The notes beneath the pieces are model-generated. The model did not search any database. It worked only from the letters and a program-made list of their open reading frames with translations, and was not told the origin of the DNA. A stretch of DNA of 63,375 nt, counting the filler, from Basidiobolus meristosporus CBS 931.73 (Eukaryota; Fungi; Basidiobolomycota): the NCBI GenBank assembly GCA_002104905.1. It is 4 parts of 4 records of this genome, joined end to end, with 100 filler letters (N's around TTAATTAATTAA, not from the genome) between each part and the next. Parts side by side here need not be neighbours in the genome. Positions count along the whole stretch, not along the records: positions 1 to 29,774 come from MCFE01000864.1; 3 more parts are not named here. One strand, 5' to 3'. The first letter of the stretch is position 1; each line of letters opens with the position of its first letter. Shown piece by piece: positions 13,548 to 25,745 of the stretch. Position numbers and translations under genes: made by a program.

Positions 13548-14602
13548 ATGAATCCCTATTGTCGTCGTTCAGAAGACTTCGCCGAACCAACTGGCTCATT
13601 GCCACGCCCCATTTCAAACGCAAACCCACACCGCTTGCCAGGTAAGCTTATTGATCTCCACCAACACTGACAGGACAGGGACTGAGCCTTCCCAAAATCT
13701 TAGTACTGGCAAGCCCCCAAGGATTGTCCGGCCCTAATTGTATACAGGCTCAATCGGCATCTACTGGCGAATCTGACCCCTACTTGGCCAAGGCCTCATC
13801 CTGTGCCGCACAGGAGAGTCCGCAGAAGGCCAACCTTGAGATCAAAGAGCCTTCATTCTACCGGGATTACTGCAATAAGCGGCATGAGTATCAATCGTCG
13901 GAAGTGAATCTACAGCTCCAAACGGCAATTCGCAAGATACTGGCTGATTTCGAAGCCCAAAAACTCTCTGACCCGTATCGGACAGTTTCCACCTCGAAGC
14001 GAAAACGTGCCAACAGTGAGCAACTTCGAATCCTTAAGCAAGTCTTCGATTATACCTTCTTTCCATCAACAGAATTAAGGGCGGAGCTTTCTAGAGTGTT
14101 GGGCATGACTCCTCGCGCAGTTCAGGTGTGGTTCCAGAATAAGCGACAGTCCTGGAAATCAAACAAAGGCAAACACACAAATGGCAAACGAAGCATTTCC
14201 CCATGTTCGATTCAAAATTCTCCCGTTTTACCCTCCACAATATCAAATGACGGTATCACACCCGTGAATCCAAATGCTGTGCACGCGGCTTCCCATGTGT
14301 CTCCTACGGATAAAACTGGGAATCCCATGGAGGATCTTACTACTGTCCCCGATCCTCCGCGCTGCCAGCTACCTCAGCACTCACGAGAACACAGCTCATT
14401 TCTAGAGCTCCTGGCTCCCCTGCGTACCTTTGACTCCGCCGGTCATTCGCAAACATTAGATCTGAACCAAACTCCATTTCGTAACGATGGCAAGCTGCCA
14501 TCTTTAGTTGAGATGGGCATCGACTCACCGAGGAACTTCTTTACCAGTGTATCCCATTCCATCCAGCTTCGCCCAATTCAAAACAATATGCCATTAGAAT
14601 AG
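13548..14602 (+). CDS. Homeodomain transcription factor (Yox1/Yhp1-like class), ~330 aa; exons 13548-13641 and 13704-14602
   Basis: Homeodomain KRKRANSEQLRILKQVFDYTFFPSTELRAELSRVLGMTPRAVQVWFQNKRQ. Intron 13642-13703 (GTAAGC...CTTAG) supplies an in-frame ATG. Confidence 0.9.
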
Positions 14603-14752
14603 ACGATGATATTTGTAGTTAGGCCTTTTATCGTCAATTCTCGGGCACAGGCTTTGTACTGAGAGTCATGGAGTTTTTTGTATTATAGGCTTGTCATGTA
14701 AACTAATATCCCGCTCTATTTTCAAATGAAGTGGGGATTGCTGTAACCATCA

Positions 14753-14780
14753 ATATATATACATATATATATATATATAT
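14753..14780. repeat. (AT)n microsatellite, one interruption
   Basis: ATATATATACATATATATATATATATAT read directly. Confidence 0.9.
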
Positions 14781-17700
14781 CTTCATATACAGTTTTAATG
14801 AAAACTACCAGCCGTCCTTTTATGTGCCTATGGCACAGCCAACTTGCTACAAGCAGCGCTGGTGCACTATTCTGTTTAGAGGCCAACTTTAGCACCATGG
14901 TAGCAATGCAATCCAACCGAGGATCAATGTGATACCAAACTACCTTCGGATATGGAAATTGATTTCATAATATTCAGACATCTGTCCTATCAGCAGACGG
15001 CACTTCGCATCATACAAAAGCAATCAGCTGACGTCTATGGCTACTACCACAATCGAGATTCGTTCTCCACTGAATCACCAGCTTTCAACCCCGATAGGTA
15101 TATCCTGATCCAATACACAATGTATGCTATTCCAAGGTACATGATTCCGTCAAGCCCGCCAAAGTGATTGGGAAGGGGTTGGGAGGAGGGATCATGGTGG
15201 GCGAATGGTTCGGTATTTCCTTTTTTGGCATTTGATTTGAAATCAAGATACATCTACAGTGTTGGTGATTCACTATCAGACCTGTTGTGCAACGAAGCTT
15301 GATTTTGGGGAAATCCCGGGGTTGAATCGCGGTGGAGGTAAGCAGCTAGTTGGTTTTCACCTGGCAATGCGAGCTTGCGTAGTCAGAGAAATGATGCATT
15401 GAGGTATGCTGGAGATCACCGATACGATCTGGACATGAGATTTCCATCTCCCCGAATACCACCACTGGATCGATTGGTCCACTTTCTTGAATGTCGAGGT
15501 ATCCAGCTTGCTGATTGAAGGAACTCGTGGTCACCTCACCGAAACTCGTTGAACTGGCAATGGCATGATTGGTGCGCAGGCTTTATCCATAGCATGGATT
15601 CTCTGAAGATCCAACTGGCTACCTTCCCACTGCCATTACCAGTACAATGTCATACGTGTAATGTAAGAAGTCAGGAGTCGACTGTTATTTACGGAATGCT
15701 ACGAAAGGAGCTTGAGACGCATATGGAGCATCGGTTTCTCAATGTTGACACATATGGAAATGGATGAATTGCTTACCATGTGCTTCCAGTTAAGCTGCAG
15801 CTGTAGCGACTAATCGGCGCATGACTGAAATTGATCAACCTGTAGATCTGCCGGCTGTGAAGACGCTGCCAGGACGGAAATCACTGGCGGTGTCTGCACA
15901 AAGTGCCCACCCGCAATCTGCACCTCAGGGTGCACTCACAGCATCTTCACGCGGTCCTCGATGATGTACCCAACCTCTATTGGGCTTAGAGGCAGCTATC
16001 ACCAAGGAGGCCTGCTGCTTGCAAGGACTAGATCTCATCTAAAATGCTTAATATGGCTTAATAGTATGTGAACCATATCAACAGCTCACCTTGTATTCTA
16101 TTGCGCCCACTATATAGCCAGTTAATTAGGGGTCTTTGCCGCCTGCAGGTGACGGTGGAATCGCCATCAATAGAAATCCTCACGCCTTCTTCGCTTGCAT
16201 ATTTATTGACGAGCGTTTGCTTGGTAATACGGGCTTATCAGATGTCTGAGATTCGAGCTGAGGCCTACAAGGAAACACTCCTAACAAACAGACCATTCCG
16301 AGGATAGGTTTGAGGTGAAGAACATTCCTCGAAACATTTGATCAAACGCTGACCCACTTGCCTGCAGTAATCCGCGACCAAATAGACTGATCTCCCATCA
16401 TCAATCAGTACAACGACCGCCGATTAGTGCTGGCGGATGAGGTGATCTAGCACTCTCATGTGGATTGCTTTTCAGAACAAGGAGTCAAGTGACCTTCACT
16501 ATTACTGGTAGCTACGCATATACCAAGATTGGTGCTGAGTCCAGCCCAGCGAAAATCGAGCCTCACACCGCGTATTCCATTAAAAGTAATATACTACGGA
16601 GTGGCTGATTTACTTGAGGCTCTGCGTTTGGCCAAGCGGTTACATAGATGTGAAACGGTGTTTTCAGTGGCAACGGATCTGTTTCTGGCATATTTAGCGA
16701 CCAGATGATCCGGAAATTTTCTTGTTTCCAATTTACCACATTGGCGGTGGTGGTTGGATACCAGCCAACAGAATCCACCAGGTTTGGGCGGATTCGGTCT
16801 GGCCTAGGCCTAGTTGCCGAGCCTGACTGGCTCCCCGTAGTTACACTCCAATGCTGCCTAGAGGCAATCTGGATAGGCCGAGGGAATTACAAGATTGGCT
16901 CCTTTGTGTAAGGAGACAATGGATATCTGGGGTGATGGTCTCGCTCGAGTTGATTGAACCTCCAATCCAATGTAACCTCAGCAGGTTGGAAATCCGGCTT
17001 GAAGCTAAACTTATGGTACGCGCTCACTGGGAAATATCCTCAATCCCCATGATGCCCTTCGTCATAGTGAAGTTTACAGTGGTGCATGTGTGATCAATGC
17101 TGAGGAGAGTACGATAGAATTTCCAAAATCTGCTTTGGGAAGGTGCGTCGTGCACGCTTTATGGATTCATTTAACGCTGACCGGAATACAAGTGGATGGC
17201 AAATCAGAGGACAATATTGGCTGCCCGATGGTCTGATCCATTAATTATCTGCTATCGCAGGTGTATTCTGTGACAACATTCCCGGAACTATGCTTCGCCG
17301 CCTCAACCTTCCTGATATACAACATCCCATCATATTCTATTGATCCACCCCGTAAAGGGCTCGGCTTGTGGCAATATCAGGGCATGCTGCATTACTTTTG
17401 GCAGGTTGGCTTCATGCATATCGTGTTCTTATCAATCTCCGATTCAATTTTTATTAATATTCATGCCCGGAATATGCATCGCCGTATGGTAGTACATCGA
17501 GTGAGCATGAGCCACTCACTTAACACCTTACATTCTGGTCTATGGTGACTGAACCGGAATATCATGATGATTCCAATTCGATGCTGTGCCCGTGGCATCT
17601 ATGGCTTCACTTCTGCTCAAGGAAAATTTCCAAGTAGCAGTGCCATTGCATTTAACGGATTTCCAAATTGCCGGTATCATCATTTGGCAATGAGAAGATA

Positions 17701-18869
17701 GCGCCTTTCCCCAGGCCCTCAAGAGGTGCTGATAAATTGGACGATAGGCTCGTCTAGGCCTAGCATTGACACGATTCGGGAAGGATCAGGAATGTCGGGA
17801 ATCTCGAATATTGGGCAGCCCGCCAATGTGAATATTGTGTCTTCTCCCCCTTCTCCCCTTCCCCACACGCAGCATTCCTATCATTTGCGCCATGCTGGGA
17901 GAATGTTGTATTTGGCCGATTAGGTTATTTCTGGATAGCCCGATTTATGTCTCATCTGCTACCTGAGGTGAGAACGGCACCTTGGAAATGCTTCGACTTG
18001 GCCATCAACAAACGAGGTGTTCACCTGCTGGCTTGTGGGGTGAAAGTGGCGGGCTCATTGGTATTAAAACAACACGAACCGTATTCTCTTAGTTGGCGTT
18101 GCAGGCCATTTTTTTTCTTAATAAAAAACAAGGAATCTGGGTTTTTGATCCACTTTGTTATTTCGGGAATCTCAATACTGATTCAATTCGGATAAATAGG
18201 GGATATTTCTAGCCAACTGGCCAGGTGTAAATCCCAAGATATTTGTGAAGACTCGAAACCGACCATTTGCGACGAATTAACGGTGTTCCCTTGTGCTCCA
18301 TGGTGACATCCACTATTCCACATCTCATATTAAATCAAATATCCTTTATGCATGCAACCATGCTTTGTATCCAATGCCTGGCGTGCAACATTTCTGGATC
18401 CTCCACGGTGCAACCATGATCAAAGGTTATTGGCCAGCTTGGACGATTCGCCATCCACTCAATGTTTCAATCAATCCGAAATTCGATCGAATGATCGAGC
18501 ACGCTAAATCTATAGCACATTGACCAAGTTGCGATGATGGAGTGATTTGGGGCTAAGCAAACATAATCCATATTTGGTTCTCCAATTTTATTTAGTAAGC
18601 TGACTCGGACACCGTCGCCAGGTGACCTGAGGACTTGGAAATTTCGGCTGAAGGTGGCTTCAAATGAAGCATTGATGCTTTCAGTGTCACCTTACAAAGG
18701 CAATGTAAGTAACATTTCAAAACGGGCCCCGGAAGCTGCACTCATAATTTAGGGGTCTGTTGAGTGGATATGAGATGCCTGATAACTTCCAAGATTTTAT
18801 GAATTCAAAGAATGCACCAGTATTGTATATATCTAATCCTAGGAAGTACTCAAATTTTAACTCATTAAC

Positions 18870-19350
18870 CCTCTGGAAACTTCTGCTCCGGGAGTATTTT
18901 AGGGGACAGACCTACTATTTTCAACAGAATCTGGCTACTGATGTGTAAGTCCTATGATTTAAAAGGATTATAATCCAAGATATACAAATATGCTGCTAGC
19001 TGATGGTTTTGTGATTATATCTTCAATCATTTCTTTTGCTTATCTGGGAAAATAGCAGCAAGACTTTGCCTCTGTGGTACAATGGGTCACGGTTGGTTGA
19101 ATTCTCAAACTTCATGAGACTGCTCCTCCAGAGTAAGCAAAGGCATGTTTTCTGGTGGATTTTCTATTTTGTAAATTCAGTCTTCAACCTGCATCAGTGT
19201 ATCCCAAAAGATTCAGTTTTGAGTTTCAACTAATGCTCATCCAGTGGATGTCACTTGTTTTTACTGATATCTCAAAATCTGCTCTACTGCTGCAATGTGA
19301 TCAGATCCATAGTCCTGATTACATTGACTAACTCTTCCCACTGAATATAA
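18870..19350 (-). mobile_element. Very degenerate copia RT/RNase H 3' remnant
   Basis: The minus strand retains similarity to GYSDADW, EMIADI.TKPLA and neighbouring sequence of the copia copies further right. There are many stops. Confidence 0.6.
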
Positions 19351-19610
19351 TGTTGTGATTGTTAAGTTGTCACCTAAATATTCATGCCAACTTAGTCACA
19401 TAGATCTTACTCTTTGATTAGCATTCTCTCCTGACCAAATTTCTTGTTGGGATTTACCTGAAATATCTTCTCCAAATTATCATGTACCCAGATTATGGTT
19501 GTTCTCAAAGTTCTCCAAAAGCACCCAAACTTTGCACACATGTTCTTGGGACCTTCCTATACCTATTCTACATATTTGCTATGCTAAGACCATGTAGAAC
19601 TGCCAGGACC
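19351..19610 (+). mobile_element. Degenerate copia LTR fragment
   Basis: Starts TGTTGT and matches the family LTR (CACCTAAATAT, CTTAGTCAC, TTGTTGGGATTTAC, AAACTTTGCACACATGTTCTTGGGACCTTCCT). Confidence 0.75.
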
Positions 19611-19649
19611 ATCACATCTGCACTGATGCAATGCTTTTTGTATTGTACT

Positions 19650-20600
19650 TTGCTTTCACCTCAATAATTGCTGCATCAGAGCATCCATTTTTGGCTATTT
19701 TTCCCTTGCTAGCATACTACCAGCTACCTGATACTACTTTGCTGCTTATTTGGAACTCCCAGCCTTACTTCTGATTGGCTTTGATAAAAGCAGTTGGTTT
19801 TACCATAATACTATTGCTCATATTTATCAGATAGTTTCATCTATTCTTGAGATATCTAGTTGAAATTCCCTATGAGAATCTCAATGTTGGAATTCATTGG
19901 ACTTTTAGCTGGTAATCTGCTGGTATTATAATGGATTCAGCTGGTATTCAGCTAGTGTTTCTGCTACAGGTTTTCAGTTACCATTTTTGGTGGAAATATT
20001 GAGTAGCTGATTACCAAGTTTATTGTGAGTGCTAGTAAGCTTAGTCTTCCCCTGGAAAATATGCTTCTTGGCTGCTACACTGGAAAGTGGCTCAACCTTA
20101 GCTTCTGTCATAGGGCTGCTTTAGTTCCTTCCTCTCAGAAACAATACTGGAATTCCCAGCATGGATAATGATTGCTCTTCATTCATTATTAGCTCATCTT
20201 GTATTTGCATTGTTTCTTAATTTCTCTGGGCCATAACATCTATCTTGTTAGCTACTGCACACAGCTGCCCATTGATGCCCTAGTATGAGCTTTTAACATA
20301 TTTGCAAATTGTGGTGGTGATGATAGAGTGTTCTTTTGTTGCTCTTCTACTGAGGTAACTGCACTGGCTTTACTCTAATCCACTGGAAACTTATGCTTAA
20401 GTTGCAGCTGCATAGAAACCATCAATTGCCTACTTGGTTGAGAACTTGAGGATTTCACATAAGTTGCTTTTGTGAGTACATTGATAGCATAGCCTATTTT
20501 GTTGTAGACTAACTAGTTGCACCAATTGTCAAAGCAAATCATTGTCCATCTGTTCTTAAGCAGCTGTCTATTGTGTGATCTGGTGGGGAACTAGACAAGA
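19650..20600 (-). repeat. Unclassified repeat family Y, copy 2 (ORF-bearing part; its upstream part appears to lie at ~23575-23860)
   Basis: Similar to 41130-41800 and 11520-11850. The segment 23575-23860 matches 41830-42090. Confidence 0.6.
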
Positions 20601-20663
20601 TTGATTTATATATGGCAGTATATAAGCATAGATGCATCATATCATAGGGTATCTAGTATTACA

Positions 20664-20957
20664 TGTTGTAAGAGTCTTGGAGATATTGAGAGTAACAAGG
20701 AGTACAAATAGATTGTGTGGTCTTCACTTAATGATCTATTCAATGAAAAGTAGTATTTATACTTTTACATGGTCTTGGCATAGAAAACATGTAGTATAGA
20801 TTTAGAGAGGTCTCAAGAGTATGTGTGTAAAGTTTGGGGTAGCTTGGACTACATATCAAATTTCCATGTTCTGGGCACCTGATAGTTTGGTGAAAATATT
20901 CCATGTAAATCCCAACAAGGAATTTGCCAGTATTCTCTAGGACAAATGTTTACAACA
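20664..20957 (-). mobile_element. Solo LTR of the copia family with internal deletion and 5-bp TSD TTACA
   Basis: Termini TGTTGTAA...TTACAACA. TTACA flanks both sides (20659-20663 and 20958-20962). Confidence 0.85.
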
Positions 20958-20989
20958 TTACATATCCATGCCTATAAGAATAACTTGGT

Positions 20990-23560
20990 ACAGCAGGTGG
21001 ATCTGATCCAGATCAGCCATTAAGATCCCACATGGAGGCCACCATAATGCTGGCAGCTTGGAACTATTGACCCTCTTTACAATCTTATGACAGGATCATG
21101 AAAGTGTTTTGCTAGTTTTACTGCTGAATTAGTAAATAAGTTTGATGGTGTTTTAAGAGTCTTTTGATGAGAGTTGAATGGCATTCAATTGCAGTCTACA
21201 CTTATTTGAGCAGACCCAACTAGCCAGCACATGCAAATTTCATATATGGAAAGAAACTTGATGGTATTTTAATGGCCTCAATGTGGACATCTGTTAGCAT
21301 TATATCAGCAGTACAGCAGGCTACAGCTAGTCCTGTGTAACACTACCATACCAATTTACCAAATGGTATATCCTTTTATTACCTGCCCTTGCACCACTCA
21401 TATACTTCATTGTAGAATCACCTCAAATTATATGCCTACCCACTACTATTGTGTGTATTCCAGATATAGTTTGAACAAAAAAACTATGACCTCCTATTTA
21501 CTAACCTCTACATATGTACACACCTGCTGCAATTAAAACACTTCTATCACCTCCACTTTATGGCTTTTTAGTGTGATACTTGCAAAGCTGCCATATACCT
21601 TGTATTGCTGGTACCATATACATCTTGCAAACATATATGTGGTTGCAGCCACTTTTGTCATGAATACCTCTTCAATCTCAGCAGAGTACTTTTTGGTACT
21701 TAACCAATATTCCCTTCTCTCTGCTGAATACTGGTCCCACTTATAGGTGTGCTATGGTTTTTTTGTATAAATTCTGTATTTTTTTTCTAGATATTGGCTT
21801 GTAGTTAGGAAATGCCTGTCATACTCTGGTAAAGTTGTCCTAATGGAGATTAGTTACTTCTTGAATCCAACACAATCTTGCCTTACTTAACCAATAAAAC
21901 ATGCATTTGGGCTGCTTAGCATCTTAATGCCAAAGGCATAGGTGTCTCCATGAGCACATCTATAAACTGTAGTTTCCTACTCCTCCTGGCTGTCCTCCAC
22001 CTGGGGCTGATATAGCTTGACATGCCCCTTGTACAACTTGGTCTCCAGCAGTGGAATATTGTTGAAGAGCAAATTCATTGCTCCCAGTGGAAAGCTTTGG
22101 CTCTTACACCTTCCTAGTATTTTAAGTATTTCTTGTTTTCAGTGAGTTCTAAACTCTGGCCAATGGCTTATAGCTTCCCAGCTTTACTACAATTGCACAC
22201 TGGCTTCTGTATGTTCTCTCTGTGGGAAGACAATGTTCTTGGTGTTGGTGTTTAGATTATAGTAATGTGTGTGAGCCATGGAGCCAACCCTCTTAGTCTC
22301 ACATGTTCTACAGTAGTACTGTCTGTTGTGCCCAGAAGAACTGTGTATCTTGCTGATGGGTGGGGCATCTCTAATGCAGATAAGAATATGTGGTTTGAAA
22401 TGAACACTATTTTCTGGCTTTACTATTGACAGAATACAAGTTGACCTGGCAATGGATACAGGTAGCTATCCAGGTTGGATAGTGATTTAGGTCCAAAACC
22501 AGTGAGACTACCATTAGATTCCTGCACCAATGCTCTAGGATTGAAGGCAGATTCAGGTTGATGAAAACCAGTGGCCAGCAGAACTTGCTGGCCAAGTACT
22601 TTCCTATGAAAAATAATTTGGTCCCATGGGTGAATCCAATCCAGATCAGCTGTCAGGATCCCATCAGGAGACTGTTAAAATACCAGCAGGTTGGTATTAA
22701 TGACCCTCTACACAGTTTTATGATGGGTTCACAACATTGTATGGCTACTTGGCTGCCAAATAAAGTTAAAAAACAAAACAGTGTTAGGGTGGTGTTTTGC
22801 CAAAGGTTGAATGGCATTGTTGTGGTCTTGATGGGCTCTACAACTATTTAAGTGGATACAACCAGCTAGTAAATACAATTGCCATATATGGCAGAAAACC
22901 TGACAGTGTTTTAACAGCCTTGTTGCAAGCCTCTGATGGCACTATCATGACACTATGGAGGCCTAGAGCTAGTTCTGTATATTGCTACTGTAACAATTGA
23001 CCAAATGGAAATTTTTTTTCTACCTCCACTTGCACAATTGACATATTCCACTGTAAAGTCACCCCCCTTTATTTGCTTACTCACCACTACCTTGGGTTTT
23101 CCACACATACTTTGCATCAAAAAATACTATGGCCTCCTGCTTACTAATTTCTAGAGACAAGTACAACTACTGCATTTGACATTCTTTTATCACCTCAACT
23201 CTACAGCTTTTCAGTGTGATACTCGCAAAGTTGCTATATACTTTGTATTGCTGGTAAAATATACTTCTTCAAACATATGCTTGGTTGCCACAACATCTGC
23301 CATGAATACCTTCTGAATATCTGCAAAGAACTTTTGGTAACTTAGCCAATATATTCCTTCTCCCTGCTGGATTCTAGTCCCCCTTATAGGTGCATTTGGG
23401 CTCTTCTTTGTGTAAGCCCTGTAATGAATGCTGTAGCAACTGGCTTGTGACTAAGAGAGACCCAGGATAACTTGGTTGAGTTTTCCAAATGAAAATTAGT
23501 TGCTTGTTGCACCCAACCCAACATTCCACTGCTTAACTGATTACCCACACATTGGGGCTG
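20990..23560. repeat. Unclassified degenerate repeat family X, two ~950-bp related units (20990-21950 and 22600-23560)
   Basis: Shared blocks such as GATC..ATCCAGATCAGC and GTGTGATACT.GCAAAG.TGC.ATATAC.TTGTATTGCTGGTA. A third partial copy lies at 55850-56200. Confidence 0.6.
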
Positions 23561-23868
23561 CTTAGCTTAGGGAATGGTGTTACATATGCATGCATATGTG
23601 GTGCCACAACCTTATTTGTAATGCTTACTATCATGGGTCATCATTGAATCTTACATTTATGTAAGTGCTATGTCTCAAATACAAGACTGTCATAAGTTCA
23701 CATGAGTATTGGCAAAAAGGTGATTTAATAGTGTAACATTGATGAGTGCCAAACTGTTTGCCCCAGAGACAAGACCACTTTGATTCAATGCCATAAGAGA
23801 AGAGAAAAAGACCATGTGGCTATTGTAGCAAGCCTCTTAGCCATGAAGCATGCAGACAGCATAGGAAG

Positions 23869-24389
23869 TGTCATGATCACATGACAACCATGAACACCCA
23901 TGCCAAGTTTCAGCTCCCTAGCTCAATTTCTAAGAGATTCCTTCTGAAACCTTCTACCACCTTTCAGAAAGTTCCTGACCATTCCAAATCATTGTTACAC
24001 AATGGAACATTCCATGGAAGCTTTCCATCGTATTTTTCATAGTCCAGTACCATATATGGAAATACCAGGTCACATGACTTAGTCACATGATCAGGTGACC
24101 CAATCCATTTCCCCATCCTGTCTCAGTTCCGTGTCATCTATGTCATTATCCCCAGCACCATTGCTGTGCCTCACCCCACAACCCCATTAGTATTAGCTAA
24201 TATCTCTTGGCATCAGTATAGCCAAAAAGTATATATAGTCCTATCCCCCCTTAAGTATTCCTCAGTCTGATAAACACAGGTCTTGAATAAACAGCCTTGC
24301 CTTGAATCCTGCCTTGCCTTGATGGTCCACACCTAAGTCCTTTCCTGCCATGCCTAGCTTTTCCTCCTGCCTTGTGTCTATTCATAACA
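23869..24389 (+). repeat. 5' LTR of chromovirus (521 bp)
   Basis: Direct repeat of 29250-29770 with 7 substitutions counted by eye. TATA-like TATATATA at 24230-24237 and AATAAA near 24286. Confidence 0.95.
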
Positions 24390-24391
24390 GT

Positions 24392-24402
24392 TTTATCAGA
24401 CT
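24392..24402 (+). promoter_or_regulatory. Self-priming (Tf1-type) primer binding site
   Basis: TTTATCAGACT is the exact reverse complement of AGTCTGATAAA at 24264-24274 in the LTR, ~34 nt downstream of the TATA-like box. There is no TGG tRNA-type PBS. Confidence 0.8.
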
Positions 24403-24795
24403 TTCCTGACTTACCTGTGGATCCCTGCCTTCTGCCCAAAGTTTGAAGAAAACTTGTAAAAGGAATACTCACCGTAAGTATCACCCATCATCTTTCCCTA
24501 GTCTTGTCCTATAAAGGCAAAGATACTTTATCTTTGTAAAACTATTGGTCAAAGCTGCATTCACTTTATTACCCTGCTGGTGGAGTTTACAGTTGTTACA
24601 GTATTGGAAGCTTTAGTACAATACTCTATCAAAGGACGTTGAAACCAGTACCTTCTGAAGTGACGCTAACTTATTTAAGTTGGGGATTGTGGCTCAATAG
24701 TTGTATTCTTGACATACTAGTGGCTTTACAAACCCACAACCTAGTTTAGTATATTCCAGTATTCCTTGCAAGTTCATCCGCCTTCCTCTGCTACC

Positions 24796-25728
24796 ATGTC
24801 CAACCTAGAGCTGAACTTTGCCCAGCTCATGGCTGCCTTTACCCAACTGCAGCAAGACCATGCAGACCTCAGAAACACTCTTGCTCAGTTCCAGAACCAA
24901 AGTGTCCAGCAAACTGGCCATGTCCCAGTCTACCAAGAACCCAAGTATTCCCCTGCTACCAAGTTCAATGGCTCTCAGAATGAATTCCGTGGCTTCATCA
25001 ACATGGTGAAGAACAACCTTGCACTCCAGCCCAACTGGTACCCCACTGACCAGGCCAAAGTTGGTTTCATCTCCAACCTGCTTACTGGTACAGCTCTCAA
25101 GTGGTTCTCCCCATTAGTGGAGACCAACTCTCCCCTCCTCAGAGACTACCAAGCCTTTCTCACTGAAATGGAGCTAACATTTGGTAACCTTGACCAAGCC
25201 AGAACTGCTGCCAACAAGATCAAGACCCTCAAACAAGGGAACAAATCAGCATCAGTCTATGCCTCAGAATTCCAACAACTCTCCAGTGACCTCAGCTCCT
25301 GGGGTCAAGCAGCCTTGATAAGCCAATTCCAAGATGGCCTTAATGATGAAGTTTGTGATCTGCTACTCACACTCCCAGATCCAGATACATTGGTTGAAGC
25401 TATGCACCAAGCAATCCGGTGTGATAACAGACTATTCCAGAAGAAGCAAAAGAATTGTCAAAGACACATTCCTGTTGCAGTCCCAGCTCCTCCTGCTCCC
25501 CAAGTCACTCCAGAAGATCCTATGCAGATTGATAGTGCCAAATACAAGAAACTATCAAAGAGTGAAAAGTCCAGACGTCAACAAGCCAACCTCTGTCTAT
25601 ACTGTGGCCAACCAGGTCACTTTGCCAAGTCCTGCCCCAACAAGAAGCCCAGCTTCAAGCTGATGCAGTCCTCCAGCAACCAACCTGATCCAGATCTGTC
25701 GGGAAACTCCAATGTCCAGTTGCACTGA
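24796..25728 (+). CDS. gag: Gag (retrotransposon gag domain plus CCHC zinc knuckle)
   Basis: KFNGS...RGFI, AKVGFISNLLTGTALKW, LKQGNKSASVYASEF, PMQID and CLYCGQPGHFAKSC. First ATG at 24796. Confidence 0.92.
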   Translation: MSNLELNFAQLMAAFTQLQQDHADLRNTLAQFQNQSVQQTGHVPVYQEPKYSPATKFNGSQNEFRGFINMVKNNLALQPNWYPTDQAKVGFISNLLTGTALKWFSPLVETNSPLLRDYQAFLTEMELTFGNLDQARTAANKIKTLKQGNKSASVYASEFQQLSSDLSSWGQAALISQFQDGLNDEVCDLLLTLPDPDTLVEAMHQAIRCDNRLFQKKQKNCQRHIPVAVPAPPAPQVTPEDPMQIDSAKYKKLSKSEKSRRQQANLCLYCGQPGHFAKSCPNKKPSFKLMQSSSNQPDPDLSGNSNVQLH

Positions 25729-25745
25729 CAGGCTTGCAACTGGAC
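25701..25745 (+). promoter_or_regulatory. -1 programmed ribosomal frameshift signal
   Basis: G GGA AAC heptamer in gag phase, 6-nt spacer, perfect 11-bp stem GTCCAGTTGCA/TGCAACTGGAC. The -1 frame is open into pol. Confidence 0.88.

Noticed and set aside
14620-18600. Many 60-95 aa ORFs in a 4-kb CpG-normal stretch
   Set aside because: I could build no coherent spliced gene or domain. It is treated as intergenic or regulatory DNA, although a diverged gene cannot be excluded.
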